Shown one piece after another: positions 46,197 to 57,651 of a stretch of 64,000 nucleotides of DNA. The notes under the pieces are model-generated. The model was given only the letters and a program-made list of their open reading frames with translations. It searched no databases and had not been told where the DNA came from. Both the position numbers and the translations under genes were made by a program. Position 1 is the first letter of the stretch, and each line of letters begins with the position of its first letter. The stretch lies in assembly GCA_963821595.1 (NCBI GenBank), contig CAWGEL010000031.1:38656-102655 (forward strand), read 5' to 3'. The stretch comes from an uncultured Chloroflexia bacterium (lineage in GTDB: Bacteria; Chloroflexota; Limnocylindria; Limnocylindrales; CSP1-4).

Positions 46197-47858
46197 ATGC
46201 CCACCCAGAACCCGCTCAGCCTCGCTGAGGTCAAGCGCCTCGCGGGCAGCGTGGACACGATTCGCCTTCGGGCCGCCCGCGACGCGGACCTCGAGACGCC
46301 GATCGGCGCCTTCCTCCGCCTTGACGACGGGACCACGCCCGCCTACCTGCTCGAGTCCGTGGAGGGAGGCGAGCGGCTCGGCCGGTACAGCTTCCTCGGC
46401 ATCGGCCCGCGGCGCGTGCTCGAGGTGCGGGGCAACGTCGCGCGGATCCAGGACCGGCCGGTCGGGGTCGACACGTTCACCCCCGACCTGCCCGTGCGCG
46501 AGCTGCCGGCGAGCAATCCGCTGGCCGCGCTCCGCGCCTTCGTGCCGCGCCGCCGCGTCGAGCCGTCGGACGGGATGCCGCGCTTCACGGGCGGGGCCGT
46601 CGGGGCCCTGGCCTACGACGCCGTCTCGACCTTCGAGCCGACCGTCCCGCTGCCGGGGCCCGATCCGGTCGACGCGCCGCTCGCGAGCTTCATCGAGACG
46701 GACCTGGTCCTCGTGTTCGACCACCTGACCCACTCGCTGGCCGCACTCGCTTCGCTCCATGTCGATGCGCCGCGCCTCGAGGAGCGCTACCGGATCGCCG
46801 AGCGGGCGCTCTGGGAGGCCCTGGAGCGCACGGCGCGCCCGTCCGCGGTCGAGGTCGCCGGCTTCCCCGGGCCGTCGGGCGCGCAGGCCGCGACCGCGGC
46901 GGACGCGGCCGGCCCAGTCGCGACGACCGAGTCCGAGGCCCAGACCAGCCTTGGCCGCGATGCCTACGAAGGTGCGGTGCGAGGTGCCAAGGACGCGATC
47001 GCGGCGGGCGAAGCGATCCAGGTGGTGCTGGCCCGCCGCCAGACGCTGCCGCTGCCCGCCGGGGCCGACGGCCGCCCCGTGGACGGCATCGGCCTGTACC
47101 GGGCGCTTCGCCGGGTGAACCCGAGCCCGTACCTCTTCTTCTACCGGGCGCCGGCGATGGAGGTCGTGGGGGCCAGCCCGGAGCTCCTGCTCCAGGTGGT
47201 CGGCGACCGGATGACCACCCACCCGATCGCGGGGACGAGGCCGCGCGGCGCGACCACGGCCGAGGACGAGCGCCTGGCCGAGGAGCTGGCGGCGGACCCC
47301 AAGGAGCGCGCCGAGCACGTGATGCTGGTCGATCTCGGCCGCAACGACCTGGGCCGCGTCGCGCGCCCGGGCACGGTTCGGGTCACCAGGTACATGGAGG
47401 TCGAGCGCTACAGCCACGTGCTCCACCTCGTGAGCCACGTGGAGGGCCGGCTCGCCGCCGGCCTGGATTCGCTCGACGCGCTGCGCAGCGTCTTCCCGGC
47501 GGGCACGCTGACCGGCGCGCCGAAGGTCCGGGCGATGCAGCTGATCGCGGCCGCCGAAGGTGAGCGCCGCGGCCTCTACGGCGGCGCGGTCGGATACCTC
47601 GGCTACGACGGCAATCTCGACACCGCGATCGCGATCCGGACGGCGGTCCTCAAGGACGGCGTCGCCCACCTCCACGCCGGGGCCGGGATCGTGGCCGGCT
47701 CCGTGCCCGAGCGGGAGTTCGAGGAGACGGAGCACAAGGCCGCGGCCATGCGTCGCGCACTGGAGCTGGCGAGCGGTGCGCCGCCCGCCGGACTGCCGGC
47801 CGCTCCCGTGGCCGACGATGCGGCCGCGACGGAGCCGCTGGGAACGGCCGTTCGATGA
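46197..47858 (+). CDS. trpE: anthranilate synthase component I
   Basis: A GGAGG RBS lies 8 nt before ATG 46197. Contains LLESVEGGERLGRYSF, NPSPYLFFY, HPIAGTRPRG, EHVMLVDLGRND, GTLTGAPKVRAM and GAVGYLGYDGNLD. Intact. Confidence 0.95.
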   Translation: MPTQNPLSLAEVKRLAGSVDTIRLRAARDADLETPIGAFLRLDDGTTPAYLLESVEGGERLGRYSFLGIGPRRVLEVRGNVARIQDRPVGVDTFTPDLPVRELPASNPLAALRAFVPRRRVEPSDGMPRFTGGAVGALAYDAVSTFEPTVPLPGPDPVDAPLASFIETDLVLVFDHLTHSLAALASLHVDAPRLEERYRIAERALWEALERTARPSAVEVAGFPGPSGAQAATAADAAGPVATTESEAQTSLGRDAYEGAVRGAKDAIAAGEAIQVVLARRQTLPLPAGADGRPVDGIGLYRALRRVNPSPYLFFYRAPAMEVVGASPELLLQVVGDRMTTHPIAGTRPRGATTAEDERLAEELAADPKERAEHVMLVDLGRNDLGRVARPGTVRVTRYMEVERYSHVLHLVSHVEGRLAAGLDSLDALRSVFPAGTLTGAPKVRAMQLIAAAEGERRGLYGGAVGYLGYDGNLDTAIAIRTAVLKDGVAHLHAGAGIVAGSVPEREFEETEHKAAAMRRALELASGAPPAGLPAAPVADDAAATEPLGTAVR

Positions 47859-48601
47859 TCCTCGTCATCGACAACTACGACAGCTTCACGTTCAACCTGG
47901 TCCAGGCCCTGGGCGCGGCCGGGGCGGCCGTCCGGGTCGTCCGCAACGACGCGATAGACGATGCCGGCCTGGCCGCGCTGGCCGACGATCCGGAGGTCGG
48001 GCTGCGCGGGATCGTGGTATCGCCGGGACCATCCGATCCGGACCACGCCGGAGTGTCGATGGACGCGGTCCGCTTCGCGGCTCGGCGCGGGATCCCGCTC
48101 CTGGGTGTCTGCCTGGGAATGCAGGCGATGGCCGCCGCGTACGGCGCGGCCATCGTCCGCGCACCGACCCTCGTTCACGGCGAGGCGTCGTCGATCGACC
48201 ACGACGGCGCGGGCCTCCTGGCGGGGCTGCCGGAGGGGTTCATGGCGGCGCGCTACCACTCGCTGTGCGTCGACGCGGCGACCCTGCCGGCCGAGCTGTC
48301 GGTGACCGCGCGCAGCGCCGGCGACGGCGTCGTCATGGGGATTCGCCATGCGACGCTGCCGATGGAGGGCGTGCAGTTCCATCCCGAGTCCGTCCTGACG
48401 CCGAGCGGACCGCACCTCCTGGCGAACTTCCTGCGCCTGGCCGGCGAGGGCGAGGCCGCGGTGCTGGATGCGGCGACGGGCTCGTTCGCGACGAGGGGAC
48501 TCGATGACGATGACAGGTCGACGACCGAAGCGGTTCGCGGCCCGGCGAGGTTGCCTGCGTCCACGGCCGCGGCCGTGGGCGCGGCAGGAGGCGTGCGATG
48601 A
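47855..48601 (+). CDS. trpG: anthranilate synthase component II (glutamine amidotransferase)
   Basis: Contains MILVIDNYDSFTFNLVQ, VSPGPS, LLGVCLGMQAM and GVQFHPES. The ATG overlaps the trpE stop (ATGA). It has an unusual C-terminal tail of about 50 aa. Confidence 0.9.
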   Translation: MILVIDNYDSFTFNLVQALGAAGAAVRVVRNDAIDDAGLAALADDPEVGLRGIVVSPGPSDPDHAGVSMDAVRFAARRGIPLLGVCLGMQAMAAAYGAAIVRAPTLVHGEASSIDHDGAGLLAGLPEGFMAARYHSLCVDAATLPAELSVTARSAGDGVVMGIRHATLPMEGVQFHPESVLTPSGPHLLANFLRLAGEGEAAVLDAATGSFATRGLDDDDRSTTEAVRGPARLPASTAAAVGAAGGVR

Positions 48602-49650
48602 GTGAAGCGGTTCGGGCGGCCCTGGCGGCCGTCGTCGACGGCCGGATGCTGGCTCGCGACGAGGCGCGCGCCGCCATGGGCGCGGTCATGGACGGCGAGG
48701 CGACGCCCGCCCAGCTGGCTGCCCTGCTGGTTGCCCTGCGCATGCGCGGCGAGACGATCGACGAGCTGGCCGGCTTCGCCGGCGCCATGCGCGAGCGGGT
48801 GCTTCGCGTGGACGCGCCCCCCGGCACGATCGACACCTGCGGGACGGGCGGCGATCGAAGCGGGACGTTCAACATCTCGACGGCGGCCGCCCTCGTCGCC
48901 GCTGCCGCAGGCGTGCCGGTGGCCAAGCACGGCAACCGGGCGATCACGTCGGCCTCGGGCTCGGCTGACGTGCTCGAGGCACTGGGCGTCCGAACGGACC
49001 ACGACCAGGAATCGGCCGGTTCGGCGCTGCGAACGGTCGGCTTCGCCTTCCTGTTCGCCCCGGGTTTCTCTCCGGCAATGCGTCACGCTGGGCCGACGCG
49101 CCGCGAGATCGGCGTGCGGACCGCGTTCAACCTCCTCGGTCCGCTGACGAACCCGGCCGGCGCCCGACGGCAGGTGGTCGGGGTCGGCGACGCGTCCGCC
49201 GCGCCGCGGCTCGCCGAGGTCCTCCGGGCGCTCGGCTCCGAACGGGCCCTCGTCGTTCACGGCGCCGGCGTCGACGAGCTGCCCCTCGACGGCAGTGGCG
49301 TCGTCTATGACGTCACGCCCTCGGGCGTGACTCGCCGCGAGGTGGATGCGTCGGCGCTCGGACTGCGGCGCGCGGCCACGGCCGACCTGGCCGGCGGCAG
49401 CCCCGCGGACAACGCGGCCCTCGTCGAAGGCCTCCTGGACGGTACCGACCAGGGGCCGCGGCATGACGTCGTGCTCCTCAACGCGGGCGCCGCGTTCGTG
49501 GCCGCAGGCCGGGCCGGGACGCTGCAGGACGGAATCGCGCTGGCGGCGGCGACCATCGAGACGGGCGCCGCCGCGGCGCTCCTGGCCCGGCTCCGGGCCG
49601 AGCGCGTGGCCGCCGCGGCGGCTCGCGAGGCAACCGAGGTGCCGGCATGA
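48598..49650 (+). CDS. trpD: anthranilate phosphoribosyltransferase
   Basis: Contains ATPAQLAALLVALRMRGET, DTCGTGGDRSGTFNIST, VAKHGNRAITSASGSADVLEALG and FNLLGPLTNP. ATGA overlaps on both sides. Confidence 0.95.
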   Translation: MSEAVRAALAAVVDGRMLARDEARAAMGAVMDGEATPAQLAALLVALRMRGETIDELAGFAGAMRERVLRVDAPPGTIDTCGTGGDRSGTFNISTAAALVAAAAGVPVAKHGNRAITSASGSADVLEALGVRTDHDQESAGSALRTVGFAFLFAPGFSPAMRHAGPTRREIGVRTAFNLLGPLTNPAGARRQVVGVGDASAAPRLAEVLRALGSERALVVHGAGVDELPLDGSGVVYDVTPSGVTRREVDASALGLRRAATADLAGGSPADNAALVEGLLDGTDQGPRHDVVLLNAGAAFVAAGRAGTLQDGIALAAATIETGAAAALLARLRAERVAAAAAREATEVPA

Positions 49651-51265
49651 CCGTCGTGGATCGACCCTCCCTCACCGCTCCCGAGGCCGGGAAGCCGGCC
49701 GGTCGAGCGGGCTTGCGCGGCCCGGCGAGGTCCCGGATCGGCGTCCTGGGCGAGATCGCCGATCGGCGCCTCCTCGACGTCCGGGCTGAGCTCGCGGGGC
49801 GAACGTTCCGCGAGCTGGCGGCCGCGGCGGATGCCGCGTCGGCCGCGCCGGGCGGAGCGCCGCGGCCGCTGGCCCCCCGCCTCGCCGCGCCCGGCCTCCA
49901 CCTGTTCGCGGAGGTCAAGCGACAATCGCCGAGCGCGGGCGTGCTCGCCGCCGGTCTCGACGCCGTCGCCCAGGCCCGGGCCTACCAGGCGGGCGGCGCG
50001 GCGGCGATCTCCGTCCTCTGCGAGCCGCACCGGTTCGGCGGCTCGATCGCCGATCTTCGCGCCGTCCGCGCGGCCGTGAGCATTCCGGTGCTGGCCAAGG
50101 AGTTCGTCGTCGACGAGCGCCAGCTGCCCGTGCTGCGCTCGGCCGGCGCCGACGTCGTCCTGCTCATCGCCGCGCTGCACCCGGCGCGTCGGCTGGCGTC
50201 GCTCGTGACGAGGGCGCGCGACCTGGGCCTGGAGCCGCTCGTCGAGGCTCACGACGAACGCGAGCTCGAGGCGGCGATGGAGACCAAGGCCCGGCTCATC
50301 GGCATCAACGCCCGGGACCTTCGCACGCTCGCGGTGGATGTCGCCCGGCTGCACCGCCTGCACGCGCAGGTGCCGGGCGATCGGCTGACCGTGGCGGAAT
50401 CCGGCGTCCGGGACGCCGGCGAGGTCGCCCGCCTCCGGGCAACCGGCTACGACGCGGTCCTCGTCGGCGAAGCCCTCGTGCGGTCCGCGAACCCTGCCGC
50501 GACCGTCCGGGCATTCGTTGCGGCCGGCGCGCCCCCGGACGACGCGACCGCCAGGGATCGGGCGCCGTTCATCAAGATCTGCGGTGTCACCGACCTGGAG
50601 GGCGTATTCGCGGCCGTGCGCGCGGGCGCCGACGCGATCGGCCTCAATCTCGTGCCGGGCACGCCTCGAGCCCTGACGCTCGACGAGGCCGCGCGGTTCG
50701 CCCTCCTGGCGCGCGGGACTGCCGGGGCCGGGAACCGTCCGATGGTCGTCGCGGTCTTCGCGGACGCCTCGGCGGATGAGATCGCGGCCGGCGTGGCCGC
50801 CTGCAATCCCGATGCGATCCAGCTCTCGGGCCATGAGTCGCCCGACGCCATCGCCGGCCTGGCGCGCCCGGCCTGGAAGGTGCTGCACCTGCCCGCCGAC
50901 GCGGGGCGGACGCGGGCGCCGTCGCCGAGGCCGCCGTGTCCGCGATTGCCGAAGGGCGTCGATTCCTGGCCGCGGGCGCCGAACGACTCCTGCTCGACAC
51001 CGCGGGCGGGCCGCATCCGGGCGGCACGGGCACGCGTTCCGACGGCGCGGTGGCCGCGGCCGTCGCCCGCGAGCTGCCGGTGGTCCTCGCGGGTGGCCTG
51101 ACGCCGGCCACGGTCGGCCGGGCCGTGCTCGAGATTCCCGCCGTCGGCGTGGACGTGGCATCGGGCGTCGAAGCCCGTCGCCCGGCCGGGCGGCCCGATG
51201 CCCGGCCGCACAAGGACCCGCTCGCGGTCGCCCTCTTCGTCAAGCGGGCGCGTGCCGCCCGCTTC
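49647..51265 (+). CDS. trpC: fused indole-3-glycerol-phosphate synthase / phosphoribosylanthranilate isomerase; one missing base near 50905; 3' boundary undefined
   Basis: The TrpC part has [49 protein letters not shown] and AESG. The TrpF part has FIKICGVTD...[14 protein letters not shown], then after a -1 jump [15 protein letters not shown]...VLAGGLTP...GVDVASGVE. No stop separates it from trpB. Confidence 0.8.
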
Positions 51266-51301
51266 GACCGGCCCCACGTCCCCGCGCGGCCGACGCCCGT
51301 C

Positions 51302-52582
<1,281 letters not shown>

Positions 52583-52586
<4 letters not shown>

Positions 52587-53449
52587 GCGCCGGGGCCGTC
52601 GAGGCGCCTGCGGCCGGGGCGTTTGCGGGCACCGACGCGACGGCCGGGGCCTCCCGCATCCGCGCGGCCTTCGCGGCGGCCGCGGCGGGCGGGCGCGCCG
52701 CCCTCATTCCGTACGTGGTGGCGGGCTACCCGGACGCCGAGGCGTCGGTCGGCATCGCGACAGCGGCCATCGATGCGGGCGCGGACCTGCTGGAGGTCGG
52801 GTTGCCGTACAGCGACCCGCTCGCCGACGGGGCCACGCTCCAGCGGGCGTCGTCCGCCGCGCTGCGGGCGGGCATGACGCTCGACGGGGCGGTGGCGCTC
52901 CTCGGCGCGGTCGGGGCTGCCCGGCCCGGGACCCCGCTGGTCCCGATGTGCTACGCGAACCAGCTGCTCGCCGAGGGTGGAGGGTCGGCCGCGGCCCGCC
53001 GCCTGGCGGATGCCGGTGCGTCGGGCGTCATCGTGGCGGACCTCACGCCCGACGAAGGGGCGCCGTTCGAGGCCGCCTGCCGCGATGCCGGCCTGGCCCT
53101 TGTCTACCTGGTCGCGCCCACGACGCCGCTCACCCGCCGGGAGGCCATCGCGGCTCGCTCCGGGGGCTTCCTGTACACGGTCTCGCTCGTGGGCGTCACC
53201 GGCGCGCGGACGAGCCTGCCGCCGGAGGTCGGCCGCTACGTTCGCGCCGTGAAGGCCATCTCCCCGGTCCCGGTCGGGGTCGGGTTCGGCGTCTCGCGGC
53301 CCGTCCACGTGCGGGCGCTGGTCCGGGCTGGCGCCGACGGCGTGATCGTCGCCTCCGCCCTCGTCGACGCGCTGGGTCCGGACGGCCGGAACGTGGCCGC
53401 GCTCGCCCGGCTCGTGGCGTCGCTTCGCGCGGCTACCGCCCGGGCCTGA
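52583..53449 (+). CDS. trpA: tryptophan synthase alpha chain
   Basis: Contains [55 protein letters not shown] and VGFGVS. The GTG start overlaps the trpB stop (GTGA). Confidence 0.9.
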
Positions 53450-53501
53450 TTCCTGGCGCGCGCCGTCCCGACCCGATGGGCTGCGCGCGGCCCGGCCGCC
53501 G

Positions 53502-54326
53502 CTACTGCGCCAGCCGCGGGTACAGCCGCGACCCGATGGCCACCAGGATCGCCACGCCTGCCAGCAGGACCGCGATGTCCGTGCCGAAGCCGTGGGCGCT
53601 TTCGGCGCCCTGGACCATGAGGACGCGCAGCGCGTCGACCATGTAGGTGAGCGGGTTGACCGACGCGACCACCTTGAGCCAGTCCGGCATGAGGGAGATC
53701 GGGTAGACGGCGCTGCTGGCGAAGAACAACGGCATCGTCAGGAGCTGGCCGATACCCATGAACCGCTCCCGCGAGCGGACCAGGCAAGCGATGTCGAGCG
53801 AGAACGTCGCGAAGAGGGCCGCGCCGAGGACGATCGTGAGGGCGACGCCGGCCACTGAGATCGGATCGAGCCGCAGGTGGATTCCGATGAGCGCGGCCGC
53901 GACGTACACGAGGAACGCCTGGGCGAGCGCCCGCAGGCCGCCGGCGATCGCCTTGCCGAGGACCAGCGAGACGCGCGGCGCGGGGCTCACGATGAGCTTG
54001 TGGACCACGCCGAGGTCGCGCTCCCAGATGACGGCGATGCCGTAGAAGATCGCGCTGAACAGGGCGGACTGGGCGAGCACGCCGGGCGCCAGGAAGTCGA
54101 GGTAGCTCAGGTTCCCGGTGGGGATCGCCCGGGCCTGGGCCAGCACGTTGCCGAAGACCAGCAGCCAGAGCAGCGGCTGGACGCCCCGGGTGAGGATCTC
54201 CAGGGGATCGCGCGCGACCTTGCGCAGCTCCGCCCGGGCGATCGTGACGGTGTCGGTGACCAGCCGCCACGCGGCCGGCGGTTCAGCCCAGGCGGCGCGC
54301 GGTGCGGCGCGTTCGAGCGACGTCAC
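53502..54326 (-). CDS. ABC-2 type transporter permease
   Basis: Six-helix ABC-2 layout (LLWLLVFGNVL, ALFSAIFYGIAVIWERDLG, LGKAIAGGLRALAQAFLVYV, MPLFFASSAVYP, NPLTYMVDALR). It lies downstream of the cognate ATPase. Confidence 0.8.
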   Translation of the reverse strand: MTSLERAAPRAAWAEPPAAWRLVTDTVTIARAELRKVARDPLEILTRGVQPLLWLLVFGNVLAQARAIPTGNLSYLDFLAPGVLAQSALFSAIFYGIAVIWERDLGVVHKLIVSPAPRVSLVLGKAIAGGLRALAQAFLVYVAAALIGIHLRLDPISVAGVALTIVLGAALFATFSLDIACLVRSRERFMGIGQLLTMPLFFASSAVYPISLMPDWLKVVASVNPLTYMVDALRVLMVQGAESAHGFGTDIAVLLAGVAILVAIGSRLYPRLAQ

Positions 54327-55182
54327 GGAAGCCTCCTCCAGGTTCGATGCCGGTGCCGGTCAGGTGCAGGAAGACGTCGTCGAGGCTGGCCTCGGGTCCG
54401 ACCTGCGCCTTGAGCTCCGCCGGCGTGCCGACGGCCACGATCCGGCCGCGGTGCATGACCGCGACCCGGTCGCACAGCACGTCGGCCTCCTCCATGTAGT
54501 GGGTGGTGAGCACCACGGTCGTGGCGTCGGCGCCCCCCGACGTTCGCATCCGGCGGACGTGCTCCCAGACCGCGGTCCGGGCGACCGGGTCCAGGCCGAC
54601 GGTCGGTTCGTCGAGGAAGAGCACCATGGGTTCGTGGAGCATGGCCTGGGCCAGCTCCAGGCGGCGGATCATGCCGCCGGAGTAGGTGCGGACCAGGCGG
54701 TCGGCAGCGTCCTGGAGGTCCATCCGTCGCAGGGCGTCGGCGATCCGCGTCGTCCGCTCCGAGCCGGGCAGGTGGTAGAGGCGGGCGGAGAGGTCCAGGT
54801 TCTCGCGGCCGGTGAGGGCGCCGTCCGCCGAGAGCAGCTGCGGCACGTAGCCGATCCGGCGGCGGACCGCGGCCGGGTCGCGGGCCACGTCGAGGCCGCC
54901 GACGCGTGCGGAGCCGGCCGTCGGCGGCAGGATCGTGATCAGCATCTTGATGGTGGTGGTCTTGCCGGCGCCGTTTGGGCCGAGCAGGCCGAAGACCTCG
55001 CCCGCCTCCACGCGCAGGTCGATGCCGTCGACCGCGGTCACGTCGCCGAAGCGGCGGACCAGGCCCACCGCGTCGATGGCGGGAGGGCGGGTGGCGATGG
55101 TCGGGGGCCCGGTCCCGGCCATCGGGACGGGACCGGACGCGACGGGGCCGGACGGGGACGCGTCGGCGATCATGGGCGGCAT
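54283..55182 (-). CDS. ABC transporter ATP-binding protein (DrrA-like)
   Basis: Contains GPNGAGKTTTIKML, YSGGMIRRLELAQAM, LFLDEPTVGLD and LTTHYMEEAD. Confidence 0.9.
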   Translation of the reverse strand: MPPMIADASPSGPVASGPVPMAGTGPPTIATRPPAIDAVGLVRRFGDVTAVDGIDLRVEAGEVFGLLGPNGAGKTTTIKMLITILPPTAGSARVGGLDVARDPAAVRRRIGYVPQLLSADGALTGRENLDLSARLYHLPGSERTTRIADALRRMDLQDAADRLVRTYSGGMIRRLELAQAMLHEPMVLFLDEPTVGLDPVARTAVWEHVRRMRTSGGADATTVVLTTHYMEEADVLCDRVAVMHRGRIVAVGTPAELKAQVGPEASLDDVFLHLTGTGIEPGGGFRDVARTRRTARRLG

Positions 55183-55673
55183 GCCCCTTCCGTGACTCGA
55201 TCGAGGATCGGCAGCGCGCCGGCGAGCGCCGTGACGTCGGCGTCCGGCAGCGCCGCGAGGGCGTCCGCGAGCCAGCGGCGCGTGGCGAGTCGGGCCAGGG
55301 CCGTCGCTTCCTGGCCCGCGGCGGTGAGACCCAGCGACAGATGCCGCCGCTCGGTCGGGTCCTGGGACCGGGCGACGAGTCCGGCCCGGACCAGGCGCTC
55401 GACCATGGCGGACGCCGACGGCCGGCTTACGCCGAGGTGGACCGCCAGTGCGGAGAGGTCGGTTCCCGGCTGACGCCGGACGAAGAGGAGCGCGCGGACC
55501 TGGGGAACGGTGAGGCCGCCGTCCGACGCGCGGCGCGTGACCTGGCGAATCCGCCGCATCGTCCGCGGCAGCACCTCGAGCACCAGCTCGGCGAGGGCAT
55601 CACGGTCGGGCGGCCCATCGGCGCCGGCGCCGGTGGGGCCGCCGAGCAACGGTTCAGCAATCGAATGGTTCAT
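55170..55673 (-). CDS. MarR family transcriptional regulator
   Basis: LTVPQVRALLFVRRQPGTDLSALAVHLGVSRPSASAMVERLVRAGLVARSQDPTERRHLSLGLT is a winged helix-turn-helix. An AT-richer stretch lies upstream of ATG 55673. Confidence 0.85.
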   Translation of the reverse strand: MNHSIAEPLLGGPTGAGADGPPDRDALAELVLEVLPRTMRRIRQVTRRASDGGLTVPQVRALLFVRRQPGTDLSALAVHLGVSRPSASAMVERLVRAGLVARSQDPTERRHLSLGLTAAGQEATALARLATRRWLADALAALPDADVTALAGALPILDRVTEGACRP

Positions 55674-55763
55674 GGCACGAACTATATCTGGAATCGCCGA
55701 AGCGGGCCATTGGCGAGGCCAGGGCACGGGCGGCGCGCGCGCCGGCTCGGCGCACGCCAGCAG

Positions 55764-56693
55764 TCAGGCGATGAACAGCCCCGCCAGGTCGCGCGGTTCG
55801 ACCGGACGTGGCGCGTCGAGCAGGCCCGCGGCGGCGGCGACGAAGCCGAACAGCTCGGCGGGCCGGAACCCCGATGCCAGCAGCTCGCGGACACCCGTGT
55901 CGCCGTCGGACTTGGAGAGCTTCGCACCCGACGGCCGGCGCAGCAGCGGGTGGTGGAGGTAGGCGGCGGGCCGGGCCAACCCGAGGAGCCGCCCGAGGCG
56001 GACCTGGGCCGGCGTCGCGTCCAGGAGGTCGCGGCCGCGCACGACGAGGTTGACGCCCTGGCGCGCATCGTCGACGACCACGCACAACGGGTAGCTCCAG
56101 TTGCCGTGGCGGTCGCGCAGCGTGAGGTCGCCCGTGGCCGTCACGTCGCCCGAGCACGGTCCGGCGAGGGCATCGTCGAACGTCTCGACGCCGTCGCCGA
56201 GGTCGGCGCGCAGGGCCACGCCTGCTCGCAGGGCCACGCCGGCCCCGTCCGAGGGCAGGTCACGCGCCCGGCAGCCACCCGGGCATCCCGGTCCGCGCCA
56301 CGCGAGCAGCGCCGCGCGCGAGCAGTCGCAGGCGTACACGCGCCCCTGGGCGTGGAGGACCGCGACCGCGGCGGCGTAGGGGGCAGCGTCGTCCGACTGG
56401 CGGACGACCGGCAGGTCCGCGGCCAGCCCGAGCCCGGCCAGGTCCTCGAGGATCGCCTGGTCGAAGACACGCCGGGAGCGCTGCCGGTCATGGTCCTCGA
56501 CCCGGACCAGGACGATGCCGTTCGCGGCCCGGGCGATGCCCCAGACGTAGATCGCGTTGACGAGATGTCCAAGGTGCAGGTAGCCGGTGGGTGCCGGCGC
56601 GAACCTGGTGACGGGCGCTGGAGGCAGTCGGGCGAGGTCAGGCCGGACGGGTCCTGCATCGCGCGGCCCGAGGAGGACCGCGAGCCCGTTCAC
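55764..56693 (-). CDS. gluQ: tRNA glutamyl-Q(34) synthetase (GluQRS)
   Basis: TRFAPAPTGYLHLGHLVNAIYVW, VRVEDHD, VYACDCSR...CPGGCR (zinc cluster), VVVDDARQGVNLVVRGRDLL and KLSKSDG are present, on a short (about 310 aa) Glu-tRNA-ligase-like core. GTG 56693 overlaps the upstream stop. Confidence 0.85.
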   Translation of the reverse strand: MNGLAVLLGPRDAGPVRPDLARLPPAPVTRFAPAPTGYLHLGHLVNAIYVWGIARAANGIVLVRVEDHDRQRSRRVFDQAILEDLAGLGLAADLPVVRQSDDAAPYAAAVAVLHAQGRVYACDCSRAALLAWRGPGCPGGCRARDLPSDGAGVALRAGVALRADLGDGVETFDDALAGPCSGDVTATGDLTLRDRHGNWSYPLCVVVDDARQGVNLVVRGRDLLDATPAQVRLGRLLGLARPAAYLHHPLLRRPSGAKLSKSDGDTGVRELLASGFRPAELFGFVAAAAGLLDAPRPVEPRDLAGLFIA

Positions 56694-57139
56694 TCCTCGA
56701 GCGGCATCGCCGCCCGGTCCGCGGCCGCGCTGGCCTCGCTGGCCGCTGTGCCGCCCCGTTTCTGGGCGTGCTGGACGCGGCGCGTCGCGGCGATCAGCTT
56801 GCGGTAGAGGGCGACGAGCTCCGGCTCCGGGAACAGGCCCGCCGACGCGTGCGTCACGCGTTCGAGCACCTCGGCCTCGCGGGCGGCGTCGCGAACGGTC
56901 CGCCTCCCCGTCTCCTGCTTGAGCCGGCCGATCTCGAGAGCCAGGTGGGCACGCTCGTTGAGCAGGGCCACGATCTCGTGGTCGATGGCGTCGATCCGCT
57001 CGCGCAGGGGCGCCAGCGCGGCCGCCGTCCCGGGCGAGAGTGGCCCCGCCCCCGGCTCCGCGCGATGGCCGGCATCGACCTGCCCGGCCGCGGCGGCCCG
57101 CCAATCCGGGCGCGTGGATCGATCGGCGCGATCGCTCAC
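56690..57139 (-). CDS. chorismate mutase (AroQ class)
   Basis: LAPLRERIDAIDHEIVALLNERAHLALEIGRLK...RDAAREAEVLERV...ELVALYRKLIAATRRVQ. GTG 57139 overlaps the aroQ stop (GTGA). Confidence 0.8.
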   Translation of the reverse strand: MSDRADRSTRPDWRAAAAGQVDAGHRAEPGAGPLSPGTAAALAPLRERIDAIDHEIVALLNERAHLALEIGRLKQETGRRTVRDAAREAEVLERVTHASAGLFPEPELVALYRKLIAATRRVQHAQKRGGTAASEASAAADRAAMPLEE

Positions 57140-57651
57140 GATCCGGCCTCCCGCGACGCGTCGACGGCCGTATCCGCGGGCGCCGTGGTGGGCGAGATGG
57201 ATCCGGCGGCCCACCGTTCCGCCAGCAGCTCCAGGGCCCGGTGGTAACCGGCCGACTTGAGGCCGACGAAGCTGGCAAGGGCGACGTCCTCGAGCAGCGA
57301 GAAGTGGCGGAACGGCTCGCGGGCCTTCGGGTCGGAGAGGTGGACTTCGACGAACGGCCGCTCGATGCCCACCAGCGCGTCGCGCAGGCTGACCGAGGTG
57401 TGGGTCAGGCCGCCGGCGTTGACGATGGCGGCGTCGAAGTCACGCCGGTGGAGGCGGTCGATGATCGCCCCTTCGTGGTTCGACTGGAAGCAGGTCACCG
57501 CCACGCCGAGCTCCCCCTCCCGGGCAACAAGGCCGGCCTCGATCTGGGCAAGCGTCTCCCGGCCGTAGATCGCCGGCTCGCGGACTCCGAGCAGGTTCAG
57601 GTTCGGGCCGTTGACCACGAGGACCCGGAGCGGTCGCGATGGTGCCGTCAT
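57136..57651 (-). CDS. aroQ: type II 3-dehydroquinate dehydratase
   Basis: Contains LRVLVVNGPNLNLLGVREPAIYG, FQSNHEGAIIDRLH, IVNAGGLTHTSVSLRDAL and VEVHLSDPKAREPFRH. Confidence 0.9.
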   Translation of the reverse strand: MTAPSRPLRVLVVNGPNLNLLGVREPAIYGRETLAQIEAGLVAREGELGVAVTCFQSNHEGAIIDRLHRRDFDAAIVNAGGLTHTSVSLRDALVGIERPFVEVHLSDPKAREPFRHFSLLEDVALASFVGLKSAGYHRALELLAERWAAGSISPTTAPADTAVDASREAGS

